From the NCBI GenBank assembly GCA_977862235.1, contig OZ374562.1, positions 1,364,001 to 1,428,000 of the forward strand: a stretch of DNA of 64,000 nucleotides, given 5' to 3'. The translations under genes and the position numbers were made by a program. The DNA is from Dudresnaya verticillata. Lineage: Eukaryota. A model generated the notes under the pieces. The model saw nothing but the letters and a program-made list of their open reading frames with translations, had not been told where the DNA came from and ran no database searches. Shown one piece after another: positions 37,906 through 50,302 of the stretch (positions are counted from its first letter, which is position 1; the number at the start of each line of letters is the position of its first letter).

Positions 37906-40310
37906 TGTGGAGGACGGATTCACCTCCAAAGGTGTAGACGCCTTTCTTTTCCCCATTGGTGTGGTAGCCACTTCCGCATCGGAGTCTTCTGGCGTTCCAA
38001 TGGGTCCCAGCTGAGCGGTCTTGGCAGCCCGCGCTACTGGCTGGGTCTCCACGCTGGTAATCTTAGCTGCCGTAGTTGGTGGAGCACGTGCCTCACTAAC
38101 CCTCGGCCGCACCACTGTCCTAAGCGGAACCGCATTGGTGTGCGCCGGTGGTGCCGACGGCGGCAACTCAACCTCCGGCCCCTGCGCTTCTGCTCCTTTT
38201 GGAGACACCGTTACGGGCTTAGTCGGCGGTACCGCCGCGCGATCGCGGTTACTAGCCACAACCTATGGCGACTCGCGGGGCACCAACACCCTCGGGTATT
38301 CACGCGCTGGCTCGATACCCATCATTCCCACGGGTGTAACTTCTTCCTGATCCGCTAAGGCGCTCCCGTCACGCTCACGTGCCCCAGACGGCATACCACA
38401 CTCGCGGTGTCCCAGCCGCCTCGGTGGCCCCTCCGTGACCGGATAGTGCCTTGCGCGGGATCGCATCGCATGCCAGTTGGCCATCTCCTCATCAAGCAAC
38501 CACACCGAATTGGGGTCCTCTGCCGACAAGTAGTAAGGCAGACCGCACCCTGGGCTCAGCGGCGGAACAGACAACACCCGGTCGTCGTCCCAATGGTAGC
38601 CAACGAAACCCGGTGTCTTTTCCAGTTGGTGTTCACGTGAACCGTGAAAAACCGCTGCACGCGCTCCAACGGATACTCGGTCCCCTCCACGAGCGCGGCT
38701 ACTCCCATTTGGTGTATGAGCGCGACGACCTTGGCGGGCAACTCGAAAATACGCCCACAGTCGCCACCCTCCGGCTCGGTGTTGTCTCTTGGGAAGGCTC
38801 TCCAATCGGTTATCTTCGTGTTGGCACGCACACCGCGATAGGTAACTTGCAGCCACGAAAAAAGCACGAACGTCGCCCACTCCGCACGAAGGATTAACTC
38901 CAAAACGGCCATCTGTGGGTGATCAATTGACTTCTCTCCGCCTGGGTGTAACTCCTTCCAATTACGGTGTCGAAGGAACCGATTCGTGAAGTACGCCACC
39001 ATTGTCGGAGTCGGCACCGAAAGCCAGCGGGTGACCTCGTATTCGGCCCACCACTCCGGCGCGGCAAGGTAGAGGCTGCCGTGCGATGACGACGGCACTT
39101 GGAAGAATTCGTGGGTATTCCAAGTGTGGAGTAACGCCCTGCCTAAACGGCGCCCATCGTGATCCCGTGAAAGGATTCGGTTTTCCTTCGCTGCGTTGTC
39201 GGACCACCGTTGCGGATTTACAAACCAATGTACGCCCTGGTCGTACGGTTTGGTGTAGCACAAGAACTCCACACCCACTGGACGATCCTGCAGCCGATGT
39301 GCGAACACCAATAAGCGGAACACCTTCTCGGCATAACACTCTTCTTCCTGACACCGCACCCACACGATTTCCCACCCACGTGGAGTCCGTGTCCGGCAAG
39401 CGGAGTGAATCCAGCGGGACTTCCACACTTCTTCCCGCCGGTTCGGAAACCACTTGTGGTTGATCAGCCCACTGGACTCCGTCACGGCGTTATAGCGGCG
39501 CCCCTCCAGCGTCTCGGCGTAATCAATCACGAACACCGAAACGGGAAGGGGGAGGCGGACAATGTCGCTCTCCTCTTCAATACGGTGACGCCGACCGGTG
39601 TGGTGGTCGTATTCGCGACCCAATCACGTCGCCTCATCGGTGTACTCGGTTGAGCTCGCGAGCCCCCGATACCCAGCTGGAGTGTACGACCTTGGCCCCG
39701 GTGGAGTAATCGCGCCACCCCTCGTCGGTGAAGGTAGTGGATGAACGTTCCCAGCCCGACCATACGGGTGATCCTTCCCCCGCGCATCGTAACGCCCGTG
39801 CGGCGTCGACCATTGCTGCTCCGGCGCAACCGGCGTGACGCCCCCCTGCCGTGGCTCGCCGCTTGCGCGGTACTCCATTTCGGTGTTACCCCTGCCAGGC
39901 CCATGCGCCCCGTCTCCTACGTGACGATCCGGAAGCGGTGTTCTCGCCATCAGGTCCTCGCCCCTGAGCCGGCGGCGTGGCACCCTCGGTCTCGCCGGAC
40001 GTCCTGGGGCCCCTGCCGCCACAGTCGGAGACTCCAATACGGCTGTCACCCGCGCTTCGTCTTGTTGCATGGGCACCTCCGCGGCCGACACCTCCCCCGT
40101 CGACTGCGCATGCCGCGTCGGTTGAAAAGGGGACCGCCCGCGGTCAGTGCTGCCACCCGCCATGGCAAGCGGCACACCGGAATGGAAGAACGCGTTGGTT
40201 GACCTGCAGGATGATGCATCAGTTGGTAAGGGAGCGGATGACGGAATTTGGCGGTGTACCTGAGTGGAGTGCGTACCCAACTCCCGAGGCGCACGAGAAC
40301 GTGTCGCCAT
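37419..40310 (-). pseudogene. Long antisense ORF of unknown function in the chromovirus
   Basis: ATG at 40310 next to the PPT/3' LTR. 39624-40310 and 38556-39623 are in one frame separated by a single TGA; further frameshifted segments run to ~37419. Confidence 0.65.
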
Positions 40311-40324
40311 TTAAGGAGAGGGTC

Positions 40325-40998
40325 TGTGGTGAAGCGGCCGTTGTGGAGTGCCGACGACGGTTGAGCGACTCGCGACCGGCGCACCGGTGAGCTGGCGCCG
40401 AAAACCGAACGGGAGTGCAGCGACACAGTAGCACTGTACGCCTTGCTGGAGTCTGCGCGCACCACCAATAGGAGCCAAGTGGTTGATTTAGTTGTAATTA
40501 GGTAATTGTAATGATGCTGTACAGTACGTAGTGTCAGCCGGCCAATGAGAATGCCGAGCATGTCTGCAACGGTGACCGGGACCAGTAGGGCCGGACCCAC
40601 CTGGTGGACCAGACCCATTGGGGTCTGGCCCACACGGACCGGACCGCGGGGCGTATCTCCCAGTATATTAATGGGTGGCCACCGCGAGTCCTACAGTAAA
40701 CGGGTACGCAACCCTGGGCAAAGTGACTTACCCTAAGCCTTACCCTCATACTCCTTTACGGTTTCCCCTCGCCAGCCCCGTGCACGGATTCCTCTTACCT
40801 CCGTCCCGGTGTAGCTGCCCTGTCACTGTACCGTCCCCCTTGTCTGTTGCGTCCCTTTACTCCTTACAGGTGTTGCCCCTCGAGGTACTCCCTTCGGTCT
40901 ACGAACTAAGCTCTACCACCCCGGTGCCGTGTGGGATCACTCCTTATTGGGATTGCCTGATCAGCTCTCCTTACAGGTCTGCCTTTCACTACACCACA
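40325..40998 (+). repeat. 3' LTR of the chromovirus remnant
   Basis: Inverted termini tgtggtg/caccaca, preceded by a polypurine tract. Confidence 0.82.
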
Positions 40999-43900
40999 AT
41001 TAGGAACATGACATGTAGATAGAGATGAAGAAAGGTCCTGGAAGTCAACCACTACAGAAAGTGCTACGGATCCACAGAGTAAAATTGAATAGTTGGAACT
41101 GATAACTCGGCCATCATCTACTGCCTCGGTAGCAGCCAGAATTTCTGCAGATGAACTAGATTTTGCTGGTCTTCTTGACAAGTGAAATTGCCAGCTTAGG
41201 ACATGATATACAGACCCTTTCTTGAGATCACCGAAAAGTAAACCTGAAAGGTAAGCGAGTTGACCATTTTCTGAAGGACGTGCAGCGTCTGAGAAAATTA
41301 CAACAGTCAGAGGAAATTGCCCTTTAGCAGGAGTCTTGAAAGTCGTCACGGAACCGACTTTTTGAAGCTTTCGAATAAGATGACATTGACGTATCATGTC
41401 TTGGACTGATGGCGATGAACTGCGTTGTTGGAGATAGCTCGTGTAGAATGCAGCTAACGGACTAAAATTTTGCCCTAAAAGACAATGGAACCATTCTTAG
41501 ATGCATACTGGGGCTTTTCCAATGCATTAAGTTCCTCATTCATAAGGAGAAATATTTTTGAGTTTGGAATCAGAAGATATAGAAACCATACCCTCATTAT
41601 CTTGTGTAGTTTCGAGTCCTAAGAAATAAAATGTCCCCGGTAGATGTACAATAGTTCCTAGGGTATAACGTTCCCTAGGGTATTTCAAGTTCCTTGATAA
41701 ACCATTCTCGAACATCTGACCTTCCAGAAATTAGCAGATCATCCACCACTTTGGAAACCAGCAGAACAAGGACTTGATTCTCCATTTTGTAGAACAACGA
41801 AGAACATAAACAACCCTTGAAAGACCCATTTCTGTTAAAGTAACATCGGAATGATGTTGTCATTTAGCACTTTCGTTCACTAACCCGTAACTAGCCGTGA
41901 ACAAAAGCCAGTAGAATGATCAGTTAGGACACTCACGCGGTGGTATGACATATACATCTCGAGTTGCTGGTCCCGACTGTAAAAAGGCACTCTTGACATG
42001 AATTTTGCTAATGAACCATCCGAAAATTGTTGTGATAGAAAGTAATATTCTAAATCCCAGAGGAGAGCAAGACGATGAATCAGTCTTCAAGTTGGTCTTC
42101 TCCTTGTCTTTGTTGCCATGTGGCATGCGAGCTTTTAAAATCTTAGAACTATCATCTAAAACCTTGATTTTGTACTGTACATGGCTGGGAATAATATTTG
42201 CATTACTAGGTACCTTTGATATGTGAACTTCTTCGCACGTTCGGATAAAATTGTCTTGTTCAACAGAGTATGAATTCTCTAGTACAGACTGAGGTAAACC
42301 TTGGGCAGCAGAAAATGTAAATTCCTTAGAGCCAAAGCGATCAAAGTATCTATTTAAAAATTCGTTCTCGGCGGAGCTCAAAGTGTGACCAGGACGCAGA
42401 ATAATTTCTGCAGTGTTAGCCTGGCGTGCCATAGATCGAGTCGCCATTTGCCGCTCATCACTTAAAACATCAGGGGTAGCAGTGGTCGGAACATGTGTAA
42501 GCCCGGCAAGATCAATTTTTCCCTCAGGGTTATTGTCATCTGCATCTTGTATAGCAATCTCTTCAGCATTAGTTTCAGATTTAAAGTAATCCAGATCATC
42601 CACATCATCGGACACATTGTGTTCTGGAAAATTTTGCATACGTTCCCTGTGTACCGATTCGTCTTCCAACATTATGTTAAATTCATCAGAACAAATGTCA
42701 ATTGCCTTTTGGACAAGATGGGAAAAGTCGGCATCACTGGGCAGTGCAGGTCGCACATCTTCTATAGCTGCACAAAGGGGCTTGCCAGAAGAGCCAGGTA
42801 CAGTTATTGACCGAGACTTCTGATCATACGTCAGAACGGGGCGAGAGACACTCCATTTGCCACGTTTCTCTGTAGGGTGCTTAATAAAACTTTCCACAAG
42901 GTCACCAGACTTGATCTTATTATCTAATGTGGCTTTTGAACGCATTATTGCAGTCAACTTCCGGTGTGCCGAAAAATCTTCGTGTGCACGAATAATGTCA
43001 GGTGGCACAACAATTGGTGAATTATTTGGAAACACAGGTCGATATATCCTTTGGCTAGCTCGTGTGCAGATGCAATGTCGTTTCCATAAAGATCATTTGA
43101 TATGCGAATGGCTTGAATTATAAGAAGCCTTGCATTAGTGCTATGATTGGCATGTCTAAGTCGATTAAATATAGACTTAATAACCCAGTGCTTTGACTCT
43201 ATAGCATTCTTGCTTGGACGGTGAGGTGGAGCAGGGCGAAAGCTGATACCAAGTCGTTTGAGATAAGATTTAAAATCCGAATTTTTAAAGGCAGGATCAC
43301 CTTGAACTGCAATTGGAGGCCAAAAGGCAGATATCCAACGTGCTTCAAGAGAATATATCGCATCTTCCATGTTTTTGGTCGTAACGCATTGCCCTGAGGA
43401 ATACCTGGACATCGAGTCCATTACATGGAATACATTTAAATCCTCGGGGAAAAATGATCAATAAAGACAAGATCATTAAAACCACGCGATAAGTTGTTTA
43501 GAGATACAGATACAGTACGAGCCTTTTTGGGTAGGCCTGTAGAGTGACAGTCTCGACACGACTCAAGAAGCTTCGACAAGTACGATGCACATTCATCATT
43601 CCATAGATTATTTCGTTCAAGTAAAGTCTTGATGTCGTAGTAGTTAGAATGACCACAGACGTGTGCATGAACTTGTCTATAATATGCTTCAAATTGTTCC
43701 ATTCAATAGAGCTAGAACTACTGACAAGGTTTTGAATAAACGCATTATCAATAGAAGGACTTTGGATACAAGTATTATCAGATGGTGCAGTTTGTACAAA
43801 ACGGTCAGCAGGTAGATAGTCGGGTAAATCTTCTTTCACTATACGAATAGAATCCTGTATTCCGGGATCATTCTGAAATGGGAGTTGTAAGAAGTTACCA

Positions 43901-46900
43901 TTCATATACATAATGTTGCAGTGCTTCGTGATATTTTTGCCAATGACCCATTGAGACGACCCAGAAATAATAAGGTGCCGGATACGAATAGTAATTCCGC
44001 AGTCACTTATTGAATTTAAATACACGGAGCCCAATATACGTCTCACTGAACTTGAATGGGCGCCCTTGCCATACTGCCAGCATGGGCGGTCAGATACAGA
44101 GTCAGGAAGTGGTCCTAATTCACCGGACCAATGCGGTAAAATTAAAGGTGAGAGCTCACGAAGCTCAACTATTCCCATGCCAGAATATGGAGCTCCATCA
44201 TCAAGTAGTTGATTAGGAAGACGGGAAAGAGTTTCAGAAACAGAGCCATTATTCAGAGTTACAATGCTGAAATGTACTGCCTTAGTCTTAGCAGGGGTAT
44301 TGCCAGTTTCAACCTGAGGTTGTTTCACATCGGTGGATTTGTTTAGTGGACATTCCCGATCGATTGACCAGTGCCCTTTTTTCTTACATGCACGACACGT
44401 AGACTTCTTCTTGACTTCAGCAATTTCTGATGGAGTCATGTCAGAAATCATTTTTCTGCGAGGCGGCTTCGTAGATTGTGGAGTAAAGCCACTACTGGAA
44501 TTTAACATAGACTTGGAATTTCCTAAGATATCCTTAGGACGGCCATATGTGCGAAGAATAGTGGCTACATCTTCGTATTTGAATTTCCGTAGCATTTCAG
44601 CCGAAGTTGCAACAGCTTCTCCTTCGGCCTGACGGGGTGCAGCTGCTTCAAGGATAGATACACGTTGATTGGAATCTACCTTAGAATTAGCCAGCAGTAG
44701 AAAGGAACATAAAGACTCCGGTAATGTTGACTCCATGGCTGTAGCGTTAAAGCGGCTTAAAACAGCATCAAAGCGCATTTCAAACGTTTTAAAACCTTCT
44801 TGATCACCACATGTTGTACTTACTAAAGATAAAAGTTTCTGGAAGACATCATTCACAACCGCCAGAGGATCGGCTTTGTGAAGAGATTTTGCTATTTCCA
44901 TTGCACCATTCACGCCATGAATAGTTGCAGTATCCAGTTTCATAACAATGTCTTGAGCTCGACCATATAGCTTTGACTGCAGCATCATTCCTTGAAGCTC
45001 AGAAGGAATCTTGTTAGTATTCCTGTCAGGTAACTTATCATGAAATATTGACCATAACTTGACAGAATTTAGATAACGTTCTTGGTTTCCACGTCCATTG
45101 GTCCAGGGAGCATCCTTGATTGTCCACGAAACTTTGGGACGAGAGGGCAAATCAGCTGGGCCCATAAATTAATAATGAGGAGGGAAACGCTGTGTGAGGA
45201 AGGAAGATAAGACAAAATATAATGGATAGATCAAATAAGAAAGTGAAATTGAATGTGTTATAATAGTTCTTCTCGTTCTGATGCCTTAGATCAAGAATGA
45301 ACAAACTATTAAGGGTTCTTATAGACTTTCTACTTCTCAGCTTGAGATAGTATTCTAGTAGTTCAGAAAGTCAACAAGAATATAGACGTTACTACTGTAT
45401 AAGTGGAAGTCTTGTATCTTAGCAATATTGTATTGATCTGATATTGCATGGATGTAGTGCAATATCTCTAAGCAAATATCCATTAAGGATACAAGTTAGA
45501 TAAAATGAATGAGTGTGAACGCTGAACAGGACAATAGCGCTCAAGGTGGTGATGATCCGACTCGTCGCGCGTTGTATGAGGACAGAAGATGAAGCCAGAG
45601 TGGGCCGTCGGTTGCTGACCATGTGAAGTATTCAAGAACCGAGAAGATGAAGATTTGGCAGAAGACTATGCCCATCAATAGGGTAAAGAAGAAGGGCGAC
45701 CACAACTTTCCTTCGACCAGGCGAGACTTCTTCCGCTTGCACCAGTCGTTTAGTCTCCCTGAAGACATGGAAAGAGAGATGATACTACTTGCCTTTGAGG
45801 GCATAGCTCTGAAGGTAGCTAACGATGTGATTCGGAATAAACACTCGGCGAGCTTGAGTACATTTTGGGAACGTTTGGAAGAAAAGCTGTACAACGACAG
45901 TCAGGAACGCTCGCAAATGTCTTCGTTCTTCAACATGGCGTGGTCCGAGCGGAAAGAATCTATTTCGGCATTGGCCGAACTTGTTGATCTTACTGGCATT
46001 GGACTCTGTTTAAGTGAAGACGTTATCAGGGCGACGTTTATCAAGGGCCTACCGCTACGTCTCCAGACAAGTTCGTACGGCATAACGGGTCCGTTGGACG
46101 TCCTTGCCGCCGCAGTGACAGATATTTCGAACGCGTTCGGGCAAGCACGAGTCAGAGCGAGTGCAGGTTCGTGCAATGGAAGGAGAGCATAAAGTGTCAA
46201 CTAAGGTTGACTAAATTCAACAGGAGCCATCAGTGGATGAACGTTGGAAGAAGAACCGTAAATGTTATGCTTACGGGAAGTACGGTAACATCGGGTCAGA
46301 CAGTGTGTGTGAAGGAAAAAGAAAGCGCGATTTAGATGACAAAGAGAAGGATAAGGACGTTTAAAAGTGTCAGGAGGAGGGAAAAGTCGAACGGGGGACT
46401 GGAAAAACTCGCCGAACTAACTGGTAGCCCTCGAGAGGGTGACGCATACCCACAAAGGGATTGTGGTGAGCAGAAAGACCCTCCACCGATCCTAGGTTCA
46501 AATGGTGGTGCGTTTCTCTGTGAGGAGCACAACTACGAAGAAGGCAATTCGTCCGAAGGGGCGATTGGTACCCAGGATTCCGAGGACGACGAGGACGAAG
46601 TGGTAGTGAATGTTAAGGTTGGAGATCATGTTGAGGCCGCCGTTTTGGACAACGGTGCATTCTCAATATGGATAGACAAGGCGAAGTACTTACAAATGGG
46701 AGGTGAAGATAAGCTTGATACAGAATGTGCAAGGGACGTAGAAGGGGAGCCAATATTCACTTCAGGAAGGGGAAAACTGACCTTTGAGCTATGGGGCAGG
46801 GTTTTTAAAGACTATCCTGTGAGGATAATGGAACTAATGCCAAGCTTGATCCTGATCGGAAGGCAATTCTTGAGGAAGATGGGCTTCCAGATGAACTTCG

Positions 46901-49900
46901 GGACAAACATGGGTTCCTTTCGGGCTCGAAATTTTCTCTTCAACGTAAATTTTGAGCCGGCAGGAGGGATCTATGGTCAATGACGTCAGGGTTACTATCG
47001 AGGACGCTGATGTAGATAGTAGATAGAGCTATTAAGGAAATGGACTTTTCCGATTTCTCTGCTGATACCGCGCTACGTCGGCGACTTCAGGATGTGATAT
47101 GGGACAACAAGGAACTTTTCAAGGGCGTTGGGCACATCTCTGAGTATGAGCACAAAATATCGCTCATCCCGGATGCGAAGCCTTATGCGGCTCCGGTTAG
47201 GCGAAGTTCGCCGGCAGAAGAGAGAGCCGAAAGGGAGACGGTCGAGAAGCTCGTCCGAAACGGAGTCCTGGAGAAGAGTGAATCTCCCTGAGCTGCTAAT
47301 AATGTCTTTGTGAAAAAAGGATGGGACACTTCGTGTGACCTCAGACTTTCGGTCGTTGAAGTCCCATACTATCAGCTACTCCTACCCAATGGAGGGGGTA
47401 ACGGAGACTTTGGATTGGTTGGCTCGAAAGAAGGTCTTCTCCACGTTCGACCTGAAGGACGGGTACTTAGGTACGGCTAGCGAAGGCGTCTCGCTATCTC
47501 ACAGAGATTAGGACGGTACTTGGTCTTTTCCAATACCTACGATTTCCACAGGGGATGAAGAATAATGCAGCCGTGTTCCAGCGGATAGTCAACATTGTTC
47601 TGGGGAGGTTTACAGGAAGGTCGATGTGGGCCTTCATGGATGACGGCACGGTCGGAACAGAAGATGAGGAAGCCCACATACAGTAGCTGGCATTGGTTCT
47701 GGGACGTATGAGGAAGGCCTGGATTAAATTCAATCTATTTAAGTGTAAGTTTGGGGTCCATTCTGTGGACTTTCTCGGTCACAGGCTCACGCCCGAGGGA
47801 CTTCTGCCCTCAGAGGGGCACATTGAGGCAATCAAACAACTACAAGAGCCCTCAAATATAACCGAGGTCATGCTCTTTATTGGGCTCATGACATATTTCT
47901 CGTCGTTCATTAGCAACTTCGCAGAGCGGATAGAACCGCTCAACGACCTCCTTAAATGCTCAGGTTTTAACAAGAAAGAGAGATGGAGGGTAGAGGTTCT
48001 GCACATTCCCAATTGAAAGGATAAATTGGGTGCAGAGCAGCTCAGGGTGTGGAAGGACTTGCGTAATGAGCTCACAAATCCGCTCATCTTGGCAGCTCCA
48101 TCACCAGACTCAAGAAAGCGTCTCATGGCTGACACAAGTGACTATGGACTAAGCGCGGTCCTGCTGCCAGAGGCTCTTGGTGAGAAATGGCAGCCAATAT
48201 CATTTACCGCCCGCAAACTAACGTCCACGGAGCGGAAGTATACAGTCACGGAAAAGAATGACTCGCCATTCTACATGCGATGGAGAAGTGGCAGCACTAC
48301 TTGCATGGGGCTGGTACCTTTACGGCAGTATCGGACCACCAATTATTGAAGTGGTTGATGAGCTTAAGGGAACCGAGAGGAAGGTTAGCGAGGTGGATGA
48401 TGGCAGTTCAGGACTTCGATTTTGAAGTCGAGTATGCCCCCGGTCGGACAGTTACAGTAGCCGACACGTTAAGCAGGGATTGTGTCGAGCGGTTCGTCTC
48501 CAGAAAATGTCAGGAGGTGGTTTGGTTACTATCTGGAGAGCCTCAGAGCCTTCCCGAAGTCGGCGCTGTAAAGGCCGAGCAAGCTGCACAGTTCGGGAAT
48601 CTAGATGCCTATGTGGCTGATCATGAGGTCTACTTGCTGGATGAAGATGGCCTTCTTTGCCGGTTGGACGGAGAATTGATGCGTGTCGTAGTTCCTGACA
48701 AATTAGTACCGGAGGTATTAAGGTACCTTCACGGTTCGGTCGCTTGTGGGCATTATGAAGTCAAGCGAACGGTGTTTAAGGTCAAGCAAAGATTCTGGTG
48801 ACACCGTTGGAAAACAGATGTATCGGGCGTCGTAAAGAACTGCGTGCATTGCTCCGCCGCAAATCTTCGAAGAATAGTACTACAAGGGCGGATGAGGTGA
48901 TGGCACCCGCTGAGAAGATTTCAGGTTGTTGCAGTGGATGTCCTGGAGGTATCTCCCGTCTCCCCCTACAAAGGCTGCGTGAAGGTGGTCGTTATCGGGG
49001 ATCTCTTCTCTAGGTTCGTCTCGGCTGTCCCTGTCAAGGACTAAGGGGCCGTGACTATCGCAGATGTGCCACTCAATGAGTGGATCCTCCGGTATGGTCC
49101 ACCCGAGAGACTGCTAAGTGATCGTGGGAAGCCGTTCATATCGGAAATTGTGAAGGTCTTATGTACGCGGGTCGGTACTTGGAAAGTTTATACGAGTTCA
49201 TACCATCCTCAGACCAACTGTTTTATAGAAAGGTTCAATAGGACGATAATGAGGGACATCCGGGCATTTGTGTCCACTGGAGAACGAGATTAGGACAATC
49301 ATGTTGCACTCGCATGCTTTCAGTACAACACCTCTAAGCACGAGGTAACTGGCTTCACACCGTACGAGGCTGTATTTGGGATAGAAGCGTTAGACTTTGA
49401 TGCCGCTTTGGGCAGGAGGATAGTGACGGAAGAAGGTGAGAACTTGGAGAGTTTGCCTGTATGGCTCGCAAACGTTCACAAGCGATTGCTGTCGAAGGCT
49501 CTTGGCGCTAGGAGCGCAACAGCTTTACAGTACGACAAGTTTGTTTGCGAACATGAGTATGAGATTTGAGACCGTGTTATGTTGTACTAGCCAAGTATGG
49601 AAGGCGAAATCGGGAGCAAGTTGAGGCTGCCGTGGCGTGGTCCTTACCGAGTGGAGGAAAAGCTAACAAGCATCACATGCATGATCAGCTCCGAGTCTGA
49701 CTCTTCCGTGGCAAGCGTTCATGGCAATCGGCTTCGAGCTTTCACGGAAGCATTTTTGAAACTGAGGATGCGCTAGATGGCGTCTTTCCGGACACACTCA
49801 GACTTATCAAGATTATTACGGCAAAGAGAATCGTCGACGGTAACGCAAAGTACCAAGTTAAGATGAATGGTAGTCGACGGGCTGAATGGGTCGTTGGAGA

Positions 49901-49980
49901 CTATCTCCCAGCGTTGGTGGTTAAGGCGTTTGACGTGGGGTAGCAGGAACGCCAACTTAGCCAGCGTGGGTGAGGTCGGA

Positions 49981-50302
49981 TGTTGCGTTCAGGTTGCGTT
50001 CAGGAAGCAGATCCGGTTTGAGACGGGTTTTCTATTCATGAAGTGGTTTCGCTTTGCGACATGGATTTGGTTGACTACGTGGTTTCCGTGTATAATACGG
50101 TTTCGATTGACTATATGGTTTACGTTTTGTGGCATGGTTTCGGTTTCGAAAATGATTTTCGTTTCTCGCAATGTGCCTTCAGGGTGCTTTCGCTTCGCAT
50201 AAAGATAAATAGCTAGTACACAGTAGCAGAAGAGTAAGGAGGCACTTAGTGTCAAGACTTCAACGAGAGAATGAACTTGGTGTTCAACAAGGAACCGCAA
50301 CA
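49981..50302 (+). repeat. 3' LTR of the outer gypsy
   Basis: Direct repeat of 33756-34066, followed by TSD tgaa. Confidence 0.93.

Larger units (their letters stand above)
34949..40998 (+). mobile_element. 5'-deleted chromovirus-type gypsy remnant (integrase C-terminus, chromodomain, antisense ORF, 3' LTR)
   Basis: TTPFDLVL...FDRKVRF...KLLPRWMGPY; chromodomain EYVIEQVVGH...YKVRWYGYPPDQDTYQPTEELP; PPT aaggagaggg; LTR 40325-40998 tgtggtg...caccaca. Confidence 0.85.
34433..45502 (-). mobile_element. GalEa-like Ty1/copia element inserted in the gypsy gag
   Basis: 334-bp LTRs 34433-34766 and 45169-45502 (about 11 differences); PBS ttatgggcccagc; gag CRACKKKGHW, protease LDDGA, integrase HVCGH/CRDC, RT KSAFLQ/VDD, RNase H FSDAA...AEILA and NVADALTK. 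Confidence 0.9.
33756..50302 (+). mobile_element. Degenerate Ty3/gypsy LTR retrotransposon (outer), with nested elements in gag
   Basis: LTRs 33756-34066 and 49981-50302 (tgttgcg...cgcaaca, about 20 substitutions plus an 11-bp indel by eye); 4-bp TSD tgaa; protease LDNGA, RT FMDD, RNase H DTSDYG, integrase SDRG/ERFNRT at 46300-49900. Confidence 0.92.
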
